A DNA stretch of 64,000 nt from Lingula anatina (lineage: Eukaryota; Animalia; Brachiopoda), in NCBI GenBank assembly GCA_051362555.1, contig CM120640.1, forward strand, positions 70,596,788 through 70,660,787. The letters are read 5' to 3'. The translations under genes and the position numbers were made by a program. The notes beneath the pieces were generated by a model. It made no database searches and was not told where the DNA came from. It saw nothing but the letters and a program-made list of their open reading frames with translations. Positions 61,111 through 64,000 of the stretch are shown in pieces; position 1 is the stretch's first letter, and each line of letters opens with the position of its first letter.

Positions 61111-62832
61111 AAACAAATCGATGCATTTAGTAGACTAGAAGCAGGACCATGCCCTACTTTAGTCGCTTTGCCTGTTGTTTAATTTTGTTCTGTTATATAT
61201 GGTTTTGCCAACTGTACATCCACGTGAGCTGTGCAAAAAATCAACACGCACACTTGCTTTTTTTCTGATGTGATTTTAAACGTTAAATTGTGTTATTAAA
61301 TTATATTGATATACTGGTTCTACATTCAGCTTGGTTTGTCTTTAGTGAATTTTTAATCTTTATCCCAAGTACAAATTTTCATTCATAAAAGAGATAATTA
61401 ATGAAAAAGCGTGAAAAATCGAAAAATATTTTTTTCTAAATCTTCCAAAATTGAAATGGATATTAAGAAAGCATTTTGAAAATTTGTGTCTATTAAATAT
61501 GAATTTCAAGCGAACGTTTTGCCACATAAGCAGACCAAATAGTAAATTAGAAATGCCAACAGGCAACGTTCCATATTATCCGAAAAATGATATTTGAACG
61601 GATATTTCTGCTTGCTTACCGTGGTAAGTAAGTAAGTTGGTCAAATTTACAACGGAATTTACAACCAAAAATTTGAAGAATGTTAAGTTTAAAGTTCTTT
61701 TATGGATAAAAGAACAATTCTGTTTATCCTGTGGCACTTAATTTGAGTCGTGTAAGAAACTAGTAGAGTTTTAGAGATTTATATGAGGGTCCCTACTTTT
61801 AAGTATTGAAAACGCCAGAGACATTTTGTCCAATCAATAATCAACCAAAATCTGTTTGAATGCAGTTCTTGCAATCGTGGACTATTGTCTGATACTGGAC
61901 TCGGTTTCTCTTTAATATTCTCGATCATGCTATTTTCGTACAACAACATCTTGTTTTACTTGATAATTTTATATCATATGTGACCAGCTTCTATTCTATA
62001 ATGGCTAGAATTAAGTGTCTGAAAGCTGTTGGTCGCAGATGAAAGTTGATTACGTGTAATTGGCGAGGTGATGTTCCTGCACGCGAATGGTTAATTATCT
62101 GCAACGTAACAGATGCCAGGTGTCAGGTGGGGCAGTTAAGTTGGGGTAGTCAGGTGAGGTGTTCAAAATGGGGTGGTCAGGGGGTGGTTAAGAGGGGGTA
62201 GTCACATGTGGCCGTCAACAGGGGTAGTCAGGTTGGGGGGGGGGGGCAACTGTGGGCAAAAACAGCTAGCAGCAAGCAGTGTTGACAAGTCATAAAATGT
62301 GTTGCCCAAATCTCTGTCATGTCTGCGTCACTATATTAAAATCGTGCTCTTTGATTTTGAATACACTTCTTAAAGTGTGATTCTCTGATCCATGATTGTT
62401 TATACGACTTCCCAATTGTTTCTCCTCCCATACCATGTTTTCTCCAAACCAAATCACATTTGTTTTAGGGTCGCTTTACTTGAGGAAGCAATGTTGAAAA
62501 TGCAAACGGAGAGACAGCTGAAAATAGTTAATTCAAAGATATTATAATAAAACAGTTTCGAGTTGAGTTCCGATATATTGATTCACTTTGGATAAATGGC
62601 GATTATCGAAATGCAAAAAGAAAAAATCCTGAGCCTGAAATATAGTGACCACCACAAAACAGTCAAATCCCGCAAAAATACCCATTGTTACCATACGTTA
62701 GCACTTGCTTTAGGCTTAACATACCATTCCTGATATCTTACACTATATCACGTTCGATGGGTCTTAATTTAACGGAGGAATCGAGAAATTGGGAATACCA
62801 TATAAAGGCAGTACAACAGATTGACGTAAAAA

Positions 62833-62972
62833 ACAAGCGATTTAAATGTTATGTTTAGTCACAACTAAATCTTCATATTACTTGATAATTTTAACCTGAA
62901 AGACAAGCGATTTAAATGTTATGTTTAGTCTCAACTAAATCGTCATATTTCTTGATAATTTTCAACCTGACA
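62833..62972. repeat. 70-bp tandem duplication
   Basis: ACAAGCGATTTAAATGTTATGTTTAGTC..CTTGATAATTTT..AACCTGA occurs twice. Confidence 0.88.
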
Positions 62973-64000
62973 GGGCCACTTCATCGAATTTTGAGGTTTG
63001 ACTCTGAATACAATTTTAATTGCGAACCGTGCTCAATACAAAATGTAATTATTGATTCACTAATTTGAATTTTGTTACGGTTGTCATTTAGCAAACATAT
63101 CGAACTACATTCATAAAGCTGACGTAATGCCATTCTTAAACTTGCAATTGGCACCAAAAATTGCTTACTAGTACCTTGATTCACTACTACACATTATTTA
63201 CCACTGTCTGCAAAATATGAACGCCGTTTGGAGTGAGTATGGAGTGAACTATTTCATTGGACGATCACTAGCATACTACAGTTACGGATCATGGGAAATC
63301 CACGCTCATTAGCCGCGGCTTCCCCAGGACCCTCGAATGTAGCCGCCTGGTCACGGGTCACTGGTCACTGGTCACCTCCTGGAGAAACCACCGTCATTGA
63401 AAAGTAAATTACAACTAGTTCTATTGTTGTGGGAGCGCCAACTATCGCCATATACTTCTGTATCAGACACGGCTGGAGTGGTGCCTTCTTTTCCGAGGAA
63501 GATTTCCTTGAAGTGTCCTGCAATGGTCGCACGTACTCGAGGAGGATAATTAAATGATAAGGTTGCCTCAGTTTTCAAAGTGTACAAAACTGGTACGTTG
63601 AAAATGTAAGCAATAGCCAAGAGACCCGGGCTGGATATATCTGTAGATGACACTGCTGCAGTGAGAGGTGCCAAACCGGAAGAAGGAAAATGGTAACTGT
63701 GCGTGGTGATGAGAAGGGTGCCAAGCTGGAAGTTGACATAGTCCCGGGAACCCGTCACAACCTGGGACTATGTAAACTTACAGCGCGAGACCTCCTATGT
63801 CTGTGTACATCTCCTATGTCTGTGTACATCTTCTAAGTCTGTCTACACCTTCTTTACCTCTAGTGTAATAACAAGTTTTATAGGATCCCAAACTGTGGAT
63901 GCTAGATGCAAAAAATGCGGATTCCTAAGTAAAAACGAATGCCAAAATATCAGTAAATTCTGGCGAAAATCACTGGCGCACTTAATTCAGATTAATTTGG

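Overview
AT-rich animal genomic DNA with spliceosomal introns, microsatellites and MITEs; an invertebrate, probably lophotrochozoan (inference). The window holds three + strand genes. (1) The 3' part of a RING-H2 E3 ligase gene of the RNF38/RNF44/ARK2C-like type (1-21915). Its terminal-exon 3' splice site, together with the last RING CxxC pair, is amplified into an in-frame 66-bp tandem array of 11 acceptors. Only the last copy supplies the RING linchpin Arg. (2, 3) Two tandem atypical soluble guanylate cyclases of the Gyc88E type (39898-48419 and 54296-61110). Each has H-NOX, PAS, coiled-coil and cyclase domains, an O2-sensor-type distal Tyr and a C-terminal CaaL prenylation motif. The paralogs have strongly diverged H-NOX exons but near-identical PAS/coiled-coil/catalytic tracts, including shared intron sequence, which suggests gene conversion. 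Copy 1 also carries three candidate symmetric cassette exons in the PAS loop. CpG density changes sharply at about 24.2 kb, at the end of the RING gene. Several MITEs, hairpins and minisatellites are present. All exon models were read by eye from GT-AG and reading-frame logic; there is no transcript evidence.
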